Source of the DNA: Chara braunii
Taxonomy: Eukaryota > Plantae > Charophyceae
NCBI GenBank assembly: GCA_003427395.1
Contig: BFEA01000041.1
Span: 4,372,345-4,424,533, forward strand
Length of the DNA: 52,189 nt
Reading direction: 5' to 3'
Part shown: positions 1-11,361 of the stretch, one piece after another
Position numbering within the stretch: position 1 is the first letter of the stretch
Layout of the letters: each line of letters starts with the position of its first letter
Notes under the pieces: generated by a model
What the model saw: only the letters and a program-made list of their open reading frames with translations
Told to the model about the DNA's origin: nothing
Databases searched by the model: none
Made by a program: the position numbers and the translations under genes

Positions 1-50
1 TGTTGAGGGTTCAGCCTCCTGATGAGTCGGTGAAACTCCGACGAAACAGT
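1..50 (+). ncRNA. Type III hammerhead ribozyme, copy 1 (stem III 5' strand cut by window edge)
   Basis: TGT-T (GUU cleavage triplet), stem I GAGG/CCTC with loop GTTCAG, core CTGATGA, stem II GTCGG/CCGAC with loop TGAAACT, GAA, stem III 3' strand ACAGT. All conserved core nucleotides are present. Confidence 0.85.
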
Positions 51-140
51 TTGTCACAGCCCCTCGTTTGTTGTCCTCTTCTCCCTCTCTGCCTACGGTT
101 TACCGGGCAGTTCTATTTGACGATATATATATATATATAT
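1..140 (+). mobile_element. 122-bp hammerhead mini-element with (TA)n tail, copy 1
   Basis: Bases 1-122 are identical by eye to 5914-6035 and are followed by (TA)n at 123-140. 3' hairpin CTGCC-TA-CGGT-TT-ACCG-GGCAG. Confidence 0.8.
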
Positions 141-389
141 TTTTTAAATCGAATTTAGTTTTTGATTTTTTAAAAATCCTAAACAAAGTCGGATTTCAAA
201 AACAAAATATGGGGTTGGAGGGCTTAAAATTCCCTACAACCCCATATATGTTTTATTTTTATTGGCCTATTATTTAATTCAGGAAAAATCTGGTAAAATT
301 GGGTCCACGGCGTGGATTCGGTAGGCCACAGAGGCGGCCGTGAATACATCCGCCCTTCGAGCTCGGCCCCGCGGACGCGTCCGCGGGTG

Positions 390-1740
390 TCTCATAGTTG
401 CCCTGTGGTCTATAGATCAAGTATGGATAAGCTTTTCTTGTTCAACCCTAGGTTTGTACGCTGTCACAGTGAGGAGGAAGCCATCGAGAATAGTGTCACT
501 ATATTCGAGAGCAAGGGGTTTGGTAGTCCGGGTCAGTGGAATTACAAAGGGCGGTTGGGGTAGGCTACTTATCCCCAAGCATAAGGATGTCACCAAATGG
601 TGTCCGATCTGCCCAACACACTCTTGAGTGTGGGGTGACTGCTAGCAAGAAGGCGGTGCGGGCTATAAACCAGTTGTTGCGGGATTTGCCGTGGGAAACC
701 AACTTTAACTTGAAGAGTATAGCGGAGCTGGCACCAACATTGGGGAGGATCAATGGGGATTTACAAAAAGGAGAAAGATTTCTAAGTGCAGCCTTCAACA
801 TTAAGGAAATGTTTTGTACCGTTCCACACGTTTGCATCATAAAGGCTGTGAGGTGGGTTATAGACTTTTGGGTTATTCGTGGTTGCACTAGGGCGTTGGT
901 TAAGAACAAAGGTAAGGGAGCCAAGCTTAAATTCGGCAACACGCACTTTCAGGCAGGCTGGAACACCATAACCTTTGACGTTCTGGTTGATACACGTATG
1001 TTAAAGCCTGTGGGCAGCACGTATGTTAAAGCCTGTGGGCGGGCAGTAGCGGATGGGCATCCCGATGGGGAAGGCGTCTAGCTCTGCCTTGGCTTGTTTG
1101 TTGTGTGCATACAATGAATTTATGTTCGTTTCCGCCTTTGGCAGCGAAAGGAGATTGGTCGACGGGATACGCATGGTGGACGATGTGTTTGTCCTTGTGG
1201 GGCACATAAATGAGGATTGGGGCTCGATTGAGCAGGCCCAGTCTATTTTGCGAAAGTTTAAATCTTGCTATGATAGCAATCTGGTGTTGGAGGAAACAAA
1301 TGCGGGTGACTGTTGGGATTTTCTGGGTTGTGTTATGAAGGTGCTGGAGTGGCCCTAGGGGTCCGATGTGGGGTTTTACATAAGAATCAAACAAGGTACA
1401 GGGAAGAAGCGTTGCGTTTCCAGGATTTCCTGTTGAAACCTACTTGTCCAAATGTATGGCATTCGCTTAGAAATGTAAGCGAAGAAGAACTTCAGGATTT
1501 TAATTTGTACTGCCGCATACAACAAAAAATGGCGGTGATCAGCTCGTTTCTCCACAGGGCTCGTGCATACGCCACGCTGCCGAGTGCCGAAGTTGTTTTT
1601 TTGTTCACTCTGAAAATTTGGCTTAGAAGAGGGGTTTCCAGGTTGAATATTTTGATGATGTTTTATGTAATTGCTCTGGAAAATTTAGGGGCATCTGGAC
1701 TGACTGGGTCAATTGCCTAATTGGGTGTGGTGGAATCTTC
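390..1740 (+). pseudogene. Degenerate Penelope-like element reverse transcriptase (frameshifts and stops)
   Basis: Ordered RT motifs across frames: LIPKHKDVTKWCPICPT (motifs 1-2, PKxxK..RPI-like), AFNIKEMFCTVPH (motif A), GIPMGKASSSALACL (motif B), RMVDDVF (motif C), WDFLG (motif E). GIPMG and PK..K..RPI are typical of PLE RTs. A 25-bp tandem duplication at ~993-1040 breaks the frame. Confidence 0.8.
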
Positions 1741-2204
1741 CCCGAGGGCAGGCGCGTGGTCTTAGGGTACGGTTATGTAGGCTTGGGGTAGTAGGTGGTA
1801 GGATCTAACTTTCTCTTATTGGATTCATTTTACTATTTTATCGATACAGTTCAGGGTCATATTTGGCTGGATGGTATGGCGGGTAGGCAGCCTATCGAAG
1901 AAACTAGAAGTTGCCCTTCGGGTATTGTATTCTGACCTTTCTAACCGGCCCCCTTTGGTCTCAGATTGGCGGTAGAAAGTCACGTTTTCTCCAGCTCCAA
2001 GATGTGATGATGCGAACCGGCCCCCTTTGGTCTCAGATTGGCGGTACCATTCTGGATGTTCTTTGTCTTGGCTCTGTACCCAGATCTTTTCTTGTTTGTC
2101 TTCTAATTACGATAGGACTGTGGTCTTGTTTCTCTCGGCTATTCTTGGAAAGTACTCAATCAATTTTTGCTATTCGTCTAGTCCCTCTCCCTTGCGACTC
2201 GAAC

Positions 2205-2257
2205 AGACCCCTTATGAGTTTGGTATTGGCGACCGAAGGTAACGCAGCGTAGGGTCT
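2205..2257 (+). ncRNA. Degenerate type I (minimal, PLE-style) hammerhead ribozyme
   Basis: Stem I AGACCC/GGGTCT; core CTTATGA (for CTGATGA); stem II TTTGGT/ACCGAA; GTAA (for GAAA); near-palindromic stem III ACGCAGCGT; GUA cleavage triplet. It lies in the 3' region of the PLE RT, and the core mutations imply it is inactive. Confidence 0.65.
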
Positions 2258-2355
2258 CTGCACCAGGTTTTCACGTTTTTCCTACGAAGTGTTTGGCGGC
2301 ATCTATTGAGTATCATTCGACCGCTCGGTCGTGTTTTGGGAACTTGGGACTTGTC

Positions 2356-2409
<54 letters not shown>

Positions 2410-3019
2410 TCGAGAGGCTTGTTGTTGACACATGTTGATTGTTGCTTTGCCAGACTGATGTCTCACCTTTATAATAAAACAGGCCAAAAGAAACAAGAAA
2501 CTAAAAACTAAATGTAAAATCCGCCAAATGCACTAAACAAAGTATTCATGAAAACCAAACAAACATAGAAAACCAAACAATCTTTATAAACAGGATGAAA
2601 CCAAAAATTTTCCACTCAGTTTCACTCCGCTCGTGCTACTTTTACACGTTGTATGTCGCTCCTAGTGATGGAAAACATACGAAATCAAGGCTCTTGTTAG
2701 GAGAAGGTGATAAGTGAGACGAAACCTCGTCCACGGAGCCTCATTTTTATCGCATACAAAAGCAGGTCAACAAGTGATCCCAAAAGCCGCTTGTAGTCGA
2801 GAAATGAATTCTTTGCGCTGCTGAAACCTCGCAAATATGACAATTCATTCCACAACACTAGATACCATTTTCAAACATAGGGGGAAGTTAAGAAAACCCA
2901 TGCAGGATAACGATCACTCGAAAATGTATTGCGTTGTACGAAAGCAGGACGTCTTGGCATATGCACCTTTGGAGTTCTTTCATTAAAAAAGCAGAAAACA
3001 AATGCAGTTCAGGCATCCC

Positions 3020-3570
3020 GAATTCCGTTTGTAATTCTATAAAGCAAGCAACAAAGACACACTATAAAAAAAATAAAATAAAGAAGGACTTCGAAAATGT
3101 GCGCCCTCGTACCGTAGCCAGACATTTTGATATTTGCATATTTATAGTCCTTTAAATTGGAAAGCAAAAAACCATGCGAGCTTCCGAATTCTCCATTTGG
3201 TTTATAGTTCTATAAACCGTGACACACAAACATGCGAGAAAAAATAAAACAAAGAAGCTCTTCGAAAATGTGCGCCCTTGTACCGAAGCCAGTCATCTTG
3301 ACATTTGCGTATTTATAATTCTATAAATTGGAAAGCAAAAAACCATGTCAGCTTCAGAATTCTCCATTCCGTTTATACTTTCTATAAACCGTGACGCACA
3401 AACATGCGAGAAAAAAGAAAACAAGGAAGCACTCCGAAAATGTGCGCCTTTGTACTGAAGCTAGACATCTTGACATTTGCGTATTTATAGTCTTATAATT
3501 TGGAACGCAAAAAACCATCTCAACTTCGAAATTCTTCATTCCGTTTGTAGTTCTATAAATTGTGATGCAC
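3020..3570. repeat. ~172-bp tandem repeat, about 3 copies
   Basis: AAAATGTGCGCC recurs at ~3094, ~3265 and ~3437 with similar intervening sequence. Confidence 0.85.
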
Positions 3571-3819
3571 AACGACGAGAGAAAAAGGTGAATGGTGACA
3601 CCATTTCTAACGCGCAAGAACGAGCCAAAAAGTACTAGAAATTGCTACTTTGAAACCGATGTCTTGGAAACGCCTAAGGGACAAATCTTTGGAAAATTAT
3701 CTGAATCACTTTGAAGTAAATCTCCATAATTGTTGCTTCTTTAAAAAAAGTGTCTCGCCGATGTTTTTGTGTTGAGCGGAGGTCACACGCGTGAAGCTCG
3801 TGAACGGCTGCGAAAACCA

Positions 3820-4943
3820 AATTCGTGAAAACCTAACAAAACCTAACAAAATCACAAAACCTTAGATTTTATCTAAAATGAAAAGTAAAAGTCAAACTGT
3901 TATTTTTGACATATCAAAGAGAGCATTTTTAACTGTTTCCCAAGAAATGAGGCAAAAAAACAGGGAAAAAGTCTAGCGATTCTCATAATGTGCAAGAAAA
4001 TCCTTTCCAGCAAAGAGCATGTTATAGGACTATAAGTCGTTCTCAGTAGATTGACAAAAAACATAGATCAAACAAAACAATCTTTAACGACTACAAGGCG
4101 AACCCGAAAGATGTTTAAAAAAACAGTTTCAGTGAATACTCATTTATAGAACTATAAGTCGTTTTCAGCAGTTTGGTAAAAAACAGATTCTGCGAAATCG
4201 AGTTTATAGAACTATAAATTAATATAACTCCATTTTTAAGTTAACTGTAAAACCCTTGTAAAAAAATATATGTTATGTAAAAGACGAATTAAAACAACTT
4301 TTGCCTGGGAGACATCTTCAAATTCCTAGCCAACGATGATTTAAAATTAAAAAATAATAAAATATTTAAAAACACTAGATTCTGCGAAATCGAGTTTATA
4401 GAACTATAAATTAATCTAACTCTATTTTTAAGTTAACTGTAAACCCTTGTCAAAAAATATATGTTGTGTAAAAAAAGGATTAAAACAAGTTTTGCCTGGG
4501 GGACATCTTCAAATTCTTAGCCAACGATGATTTAAAATTAAAAAATGAAATTCGTCCATGTATGAGAGAACATAATATCCAAGCGAATGTATTTGTGAAT
4601 AGGAGAGCATGGGTGCACGTTTGGGAAACCCCCGAATAGGTTCGTCGTGCTACATACCTTACAGAACTATAAATATGATTTTTTTAGTTAAACAAAATAT
4701 TATGATATTTCATTTCCTGAATTAACGGTGTTTTGTAAGGTACTGATTTTTTTGTAAAAAAACTTGCTTCTCTCCTCATCACTTCTAGTAGTTCTGAAAA
4801 AATAGTTTTCTATTCCTTTCTTTCGGTTAATTTACTTCACATAAAATTTTGTTCATGTAGGAGGCCTGAAAAAAGTATTATCAGAATCTTTAAAAATTAT
4901 TGTGCAAACCTAACAATTTATTTTGTTAGGTTTTCATGAATTC
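3820..4943. mobile_element. AT-rich non-autonomous TIR element, copy 1
   Basis: Terminal inverted repeats ATTCGTGAAAACCTAACAAAA ... TTTTGTTAGGTTTTCATGAAT; internal ~190-bp duplication (4187-4550); homologous to 7440-8405. Confidence 0.7.
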
Positions 4944-5657
4944 TATGTTACTTTCACTGCTTTCATTGTTGGGGGTGTTAACCTGGGGCTGAAAAGTGGG
5001 GTTCCAAGTGGGGTTTCCTGTTAACCACTTGTGGTAGTAGTAGTAGAATATTCAAGGAGGGTTAATGCCTGCTGGTCAGCGGAGGGCGAAGGCGTGGTCA
5101 TCACCTAAGGTCCTAAGGAGCAGACATGCCTGCTAGGTATCCTGTCTAGGATCGAAGAGCAGTGTGTGTGATTCTATGACTCGCCCCTCACCATGAGCAG
5201 AGTGTGGATCTGGTCCGAACATGCACGGCCCAAGATATATGAGGAATAGTCAGTTTTCTTGATGCTCAAGGAGTATTGTATGTTGCATACAAAACCAATC
5301 TAGGACTTTGTACCTTCCGCACCCACATGGGACCGTGTGATGTCCAAATAGCGGCACTTGGTGTCCCACCCGATTCTGGAAGAATTGTCACTGCTTGTGC
5401 TACAAAAGCGTACAAATTAATTGAGCAAGTTGGACCCACCGTGGCGGACCCGCAGGGCGTAAAGGGATGAAGGGCGGTGTAGCAGAGGAATCATTGTCAT
5501 TTTGCACATTTCCAGAGCAGTGGATCGAGCACCCCTGTGGTCACGTCTCTCAGCTTTCTGCCCCACAAAATGGCAAAAAATGAAAAAATAGAACGGAACG
5601 AAATAAAGTGAACAAAATAAGTTTGAAGGTTAAAGCAGAAAAGAAAAACATCAGCAA

Positions 5658-5810
5658 TGGCCCTTGCTCCACCACGCTTGAATATGGAAAGCTACACATG
5701 CTTCGCTTCAGTTCGCACGACATGCACAATGGCAAAAACTATGATGCTATATCTTACCATGTTCGCGTGTAAGATTCATTGTCGTTTTGCACATCTTGTG
5801 AGTAGTAGAC
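5658..5810. mobile_element. Degenerate MITE (family of 17797-17918)
   Basis: Shares ACATGCACAA..CAAAAA..ATCTT.CCATGTTC..AAGATTCA..TTTTGCACAT with the 17797 and 19843 copies. Confidence 0.5.
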
Positions 5811-5906
5811 CAACGTTTCGCTCTTGTCCCCCAAATGTTTCTCCAAGAGTGTCAGTTGGGCCTCACGTGAGTGTCACGCGAGACCCGCCGCAGTCTTTAG
5901 GAAAAG

Positions 5907-6033
5907 TATATATTGTTGAGGGTTCAGCCTCCTGATGAGTCGGTGAAACTCCGACGAAACAGTTTGTCACAGCCCCTCGTTTGTTGTCCTCTTCTCCCTC
6001 TCTGCCTACGGTTTACCGGGCAGTTCTATTTGA

Positions 6034-6092
<59 letters not shown>
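5907..6092 (+). mobile_element. 122-bp hammerhead mini-element (5914-6035) flanked by TA repeats, copy 2
   Basis: TATATAT at 5907-5913, a body identical to 1-122, then about 28 TA units at 6036-6092. Confidence 0.8.
5912..5963 (+). ncRNA. Type III hammerhead ribozyme, copy 2
   Basis: Stem III ATTGT(5912-16)/ACAGT(5959-63); predicted cleavage after T5917 (GUU); stem I 5918-21/5928-31; CTGATGA 5932-38; stem II 5939-43/5951-55; GAA 5956-58. Confidence 0.87.
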
Positions 6093-6098
<6 letters not shown>

Positions 6099-6339
6099 GG
6101 TTTATTTTGTATATCTGTGATCGGGTAATGAAGATCGGATTACTTAGCAGGTAGTTGGGTCAGTGTTGTCTACTGGATTTTACAATTCTCATAAGAATCA
6201 ATTTATTTGTGTTTTTATGTCCCCGTTGCAGATTTTCTGCTCCGTGGCAAGTTGGGAACAACTTGCACACTTGGGAAACCACGCGGGAGTAAAAAAAGAG
6301 TTTCTTTCTTTCTTTCTTTAAACCAGTGTCCTTGCTAGC

Positions 6340-6541
6340 AGAGGTGGTAAGAGCACCCCCTCCTAAGAATGTGAAAATACATTTTGGGCAAAAAACAATT
6401 TCAAATTGCACTTCGAGCAATGTGTGTAAGCTAGTTTTTTATAGGAGAGGTGGTAAGAGCACCCCCTCCTAAGAATTTGAAATTACATTTTGGGCAAAAA
6501 ACAGTTTCAAATTGCAATTTGGGCAATGTGTGCAAGCTAGC
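6340..6541. repeat. ~107-bp tandem duplication
   Basis: GAGGTGGTAAGAGCACCCCCTCCTAAGAAT...GCTAG occurs twice. Confidence 0.85.
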
Positions 6542-7439
6542 TTTTGGGTCAGGTAGGGCTGCTTGCCAGTGCTTGGGGGTGTATTGTGTTCAAGGGAATG
6601 CCGAAAGTGTATTCTGAAACTGCTTTTGTGACTATACGAATTTTAAACCCTTTTTTGTTTTTTGCCTTTTCGGCTGGCGCCACAAGCCAGAAAGATCTGG
6701 GAGGGAGAATTCCCAAAGGATGCGGTGGTAGACAAATGAGTCGCGAAAGTTAGGGGGTCTGGAAAAGTATTTGGGTAATTTGTCAGAGGTTGTTGCTAAG
6801 CCATGACAAAGGTCGATCCTTGAGCGGGCAGTGGTTGGTAAGCTACCGTGAGGAGACGTGAGAGGTATTCTGAGAAGAGGCAGAGGTCGATCCTTGAGTG
6901 TAAAAGGCCAGCGTCCCTTCTTGTAGAACGGAGATATGTACAGTCCCTTCCATTTGGGTGGGCATCTCAGTTGTCCAAGCCCTAGCAATTCTCTTCCTGC
7001 GAGTGACGTTCTGACACTGGCATGCTCTATTCTGGATGGAGATCCTCCATACTCGTATAATCAGTTATAGTCGACTGCCATTGTTAGAGTGGCATCCTGA
7101 GGCGAGACTTGTTGTAGGGATATGAAAAACCCAACCTTTTGACTATGGTCGTTGGGAAGATACGCACATGCTAATGTGTGTCATTCTTAGTGTTGATTTC
7201 ATTGACTGTCATTTCCCTTATCTCTTGCCCCACTCTGTCTCCAATGGTACCGCTCTAGATGATAGTGGAACCAGATAGCAACACCTTTTGATGGGTTTGA
7301 TTTTTCCGTGGCAGCGAACAAGGTTAATGATCAGACGTGCTTAGCTTTTTCTTTGTGAGTGTTTATTAGGTGGGTGCCCTGGAACTCAACGAGTTTGATT
7401 TCGTCAGGGCAGCGGACAAGACAAATGACAAGAAACACT

Positions 7440-8405
7440 GAATTCATGAAAACCTAACAAAACTACAAAACCTAACATTTTTTATCGAATTAAAAACTTA
7501 ATAAAAAATAAAAGTGAAACTGTTATTTTTTACATATAAAAGAGAGCGTTTTTAACTGTTTCTTGATAAAGGATGTAGAAAAATGGGCAAAAAGTCTAGC
7601 GACTCTCAAAATGTGCAAGAAAATCTTTTCCAATAAAAAACATGTTATAAGACTATAAATTGTTCTCAATAGATTGATAAAAAGCAGCTCCAACAAGACA
7701 ATCTTTAATGACTGCAAGGCGAACTCAAAAGATGTTAAAAAAAGACAATTTAAGGGAATACTCGTTTATAGAACTATAAGTCGTTTTCAGCAGTTCTGTA
7801 AAAATGAGGCTCTGCGAAAACTAGTTTATAGAACTATAAATTAACATAACTCCATTTTTAAGTTCACTGTAAAACCCTTGTCAAAAAATATATGTTGTGT
7901 AAAAAAAGATTTTAAACAACTTTTGGTTGGGGGACATCTTCAAATCCTTAGCAAACCACGATTTAAAATTCAAAAAAATAAAAAAAATATTTCAATAAAA
8001 AACAAAAAAAATAGTATATTCGTCCATGTAAGAGAGAACATATAAAAGCGAATATATTCGTGAAAAAAAAATATGTATTCGTATTTGAAAAATCCCCAAA
8101 TAGGTTTGTCGTGCTACATACCTTATAGAACTGTGAATATTATTTTTTTTTAAATAAACAAAAATTTGAGATATTTCGGTTCCTAAACAAGCGGTGTTTT
8201 GCAAGGTAGTAATGTTTTGCAAAAAAACTTGCTTCTCTCCTCACTATTTCTAGTGGTTCTGAAAAAACATTTTTCTATTCATTTTTTGCAGTTAATTTAC
8301 TTCACATAAAATTTTGTTCATGTAAAGGCCATAAAAATGTACTATTAGAATCTTTAATAAATTTCGTGCAAACCTAACAATTTTTTTTTATAGGTTTTCA
8401 CGAAT
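7440..8405. mobile_element. AT-rich non-autonomous TIR element, copy 2
   Basis: GAATTCATGAAAACCTAACAAAA ... TAGGTTTTCACGAAT; colinear with 3820-4943 but lacks its internal duplication. The right end is re-duplicated at ~8475-8575. Confidence 0.7.
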
Positions 8406-8418
8406 CTTATGTTCAGAG

Positions 8419-8800
8419 GTGTCTCGCCATTTTCCCCCTAAGTCCCATTTTATCATGCCTCGTATAACATTCTTTGTTCATGTAGGTGACCAGAAAAATA
8501 TATCAGAATCTTTAATAAATTTTGTGGAAACCTTTTTTTTTTTTTTTTTTTTAGGTTTTTACGGATCCTATGTTCAGAGGTGTCTCGCCATTTTCCCCCT
8601 AAGTACCATCTTGGCATGTCCCATATGGCATTCTTCTTTTTGGTCATTTGCCTCCACCACACCATTGGCATTCATAGAGCCTACACCCAAAGATAAATCA
8701 CCAGATGTGTCCCGCCATTTCCCCCCTAAGTCCCATTTTATCATGTACCATATGACATCCTTCTTTTTCGTCATTTGCCTCCTCTCCAACAGGCCATTGG
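8419..8800. repeat. Degenerate tandem repeat (GTGTCTCGCCATTTTCCCCCTAAGT...), 3 copies
   Basis: The motif occurs at ~8419, ~8580 and ~8708. Confidence 0.75.
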
Positions 8801-9106
8801 CATTCATGGAGTGGATAGCCAGGTCAGACAGGGCCACTTTTTTTTTTTCATTGTGACAGTTTCCTCACTGGGGGTTAAAGGCAGAGATCCAGGCGGGGAT
8901 GAGGTTGACGGTTGGTCTTGCAGTTTGGGACATTAAGAGGGAAGGTGTTACTGTGGCAAAGGCAAGGCTGAGTAGGCTCTATTGGTTGTTCCCCCAGTGA
9001 GGGACTTTTGCTCTGAGACAAAAGTCTGGGGTGTAATTCGTGATGCCTATACATTGTGGTTGATTGATAGTTTGAGTGTTCATTTATGACATCTTTTCTT
9101 CCTTCT

Positions 9107-10978
9107 GGGCCAAGTCCCACTAGCAGCGTTGAGCTACCTCAACGCTGAGCATTCAATCACATGTGACAGACCGCGACCTCGAAAATGCTAAATGTCCTTG
9201 TGAATCCAGCGGTGGATTCAAGGAAAGAAATATTAATTTTTTTTTCTTGATTTTTTTTTTTAATATTGGAAACCTGCAATAACCCATGTTGTATGGCTCG
9301 TGGAAACTGAGGGCCTCGCCATGCCATACCCAGGCCCATGCCAAAACGGGGAAAAAAACCCCAGTTAAAGATTTAGGGTATGTGCAAGGTACCGATGATA
9401 AAAGTCAACAGTCGGAGATCCCAACAGTCAAAGTCAAAGTGTACCCAGCCCAGGTTGTCGGTCAGATGCACACATTTGTTTATATGCAAGTACCCAGAGA
9501 ACATCAGGTCCAAGGGGAAGTCTGCAATTGTACTCAATTCAAACCTTCGATTCTGATTCAATCTGAACGACTATGAGGAGGGGACCCGAGGCCAGACAAA
9601 CTCGTCAAACATTACAAATAGGCTGGTCTCGAGATGGTCAACGTTTAGTCTTGCTATACTGCTTGGACGCTGGCTCGACTTTGACCAGACGCTGGCATTG
9701 ACGCTGGCACGACGCTGGCTTGACAATGGCTTGATGCTGGCTGTGCGCAGGCACTGTGGAAGACAAAGTGGGCTGTGACAGCATGTTGGCGCTTTTTGTG
9801 TTGTGCGCCAGACATTGCTGATGTGGCGCTGCCACCTGTCTTCAAGGCTGATGTAGCGCAGGCCACTTGTCTACATTGTTGATGTGGCGCAGGCCACTTC
9901 AGTGCTGCCATAGTGCCACATGTCTCTACACTGCCATGCTGCTGTGGCGCTGTCATTCATCTACGTTGCATTGCTGATGTGGCACTGCCTCTGTCTTCAT
10001 TGATGATGTGGTGCATGCCACTTGTTTCTGTTGCCGTGGCATTGGCCATGTTGTCTACATGAGGTGACTGTTCGCGACGAGGGAGATCGGGATCTGTGCA
10101 TGATTGGGATCGGGTACTCACCTGAGGTTGACGTCGTTACTATATTCTATTGTTGCCTTCATGGTCATCACAAGATAAGAGTGCCACGTGGCACTTCTGC
10201 ATGATTAAAACTTATCAGACTTGTTACTATTATTGATTGATGACGTGGAGGGAGAAAAGAAGTCCGGAGCCAGAGTGGAATTGGTTGGGCTATTATCGTG
10301 TGGTCTTTGATTACTTCTTCCACCTTCTCCCCTGTCTATCATCCCTCCACTCTCTTCGTCTATTGGTAACGAGATACTGTTTCATATATCACTTCACAAT
10401 AAGTGGAGACTTGTGCAGATCTGAGACTACTTGTGGTTCATCGTCTGATGAGTATCTGTTTTTTTCTCAAATAGAACGCCCCCTACCTGAAGGCCCTTCC
10501 GTTGAGCTAGCTCTCATTTTTTCTCTTGGTAGCGAACTCAACGACGATTTCGCAAGGAACGATAACTTGTATTGACATATAATGAGACTGGCTTCTGATG
10601 TATCATAGTACCGTATTGTCCGAAGCCCGATTCTACAAACGGAGCGAAGAGGCGGTCGTCCAGCCAACAGGTAGTATTTTCACACGAGTTGTTGAATTTG
10701 GCCGCGTTTAGTGAATAGGTGCATGCAAGAGGAATTTGTTTTCCTCGCGCTGTCTTGTTTTCCTGATTGTGACCCTCCTGTGTCGTCATGTGTGCGTGAA
10801 TTCAGAGACCAGGCATGAGGAGAAAACCGAAAAAAATGAATTAGAAAAAAATGATTAAAAAAAAAGCGTCCGGACATTATAAGATAGCTTTCTTTACTTC
10901 TAATAAATTTAAAAATGCTTGAAAATTTGTCACACCATTGAGCTAGCTCAACTTAACGGTGTAAGTGGGACTTCGCCC
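9107..10978. mobile_element. PIF/Harbinger-like MITE split by an LTR-like insertion
   Basis: TIRs GGGCCAAGTCCCACTAGCA / TGTAAGTGGGACTTCGCCC, with TTGAGCTA(C/G)CTCAA on both halves. Confidence 0.6.
9162..10934. mobile_element. Probable solo LTR (TGTGACA...TGTCACA)
   Basis: 7-bp inverted TG..CA termini; it interrupts a MITE; internal degenerate TGCTGATGTGGCGC tandem array (~9780-10070); no TSD seen. Confidence 0.55.
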
Positions 10979-11315
10979 ATGGTTACACCTTCTATACTTA
11001 GGCCGTGGAAGCGTTCAACAGGATGTCTCTACGGAAGGCGGACCATCCCATATGTTGTGTGCGTGCAACATGGATTCCCCCATTAGAATCAGTAGAAGTA
11101 CAAAAAACAACAACGAGCCTACCTCAATTAGTAGACCCAATGAACTGTTGAAATACAAACCAAAGTTCAAATCCAGCTGCAATCGGATGAACATAATAAA
11201 ATAATTACCCTGGTGGCAGTCAGCCAATGATCATATCTCAAGGCCTTCGCCCTTTTTAAAGAAAAAAAAAGGAAGATGCAGGGGACAAGAAGGGGTTAAA
11301 GGAAGCAACGGATGG

Positions 11316-11361
<46 letters not shown>

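Noticed and set aside
5805-5857. Minus-strand hammerhead-like CTGACAC...CGAAACGTTGGTC
   Set aside because: The core lacks the conserved GA and stem I does not form.
5918-5978. Alternative type I fold of the hammerhead using the downstream GTC (GAA-ACA-GTT-TGT-C)
   Set aside because: The proximal stem I (CCTC versus ACAG) cannot pair, whereas the type III fold pairs fully. It could still be a competing conformation.
1-6035. Treating the two 122-bp repeats as terminal repeats of one 6-kb RT element
   Set aside because: The repeats are identical while the RT is heavily decayed and has its own different hammerhead, and the interior is a mosaic of unrelated repeats. Independent insertions are more parsimonious.
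7372-7412. Minus-strand CTGACGA hairpin
   Set aside because: No GAAA or stem II, and stem I is out of register.
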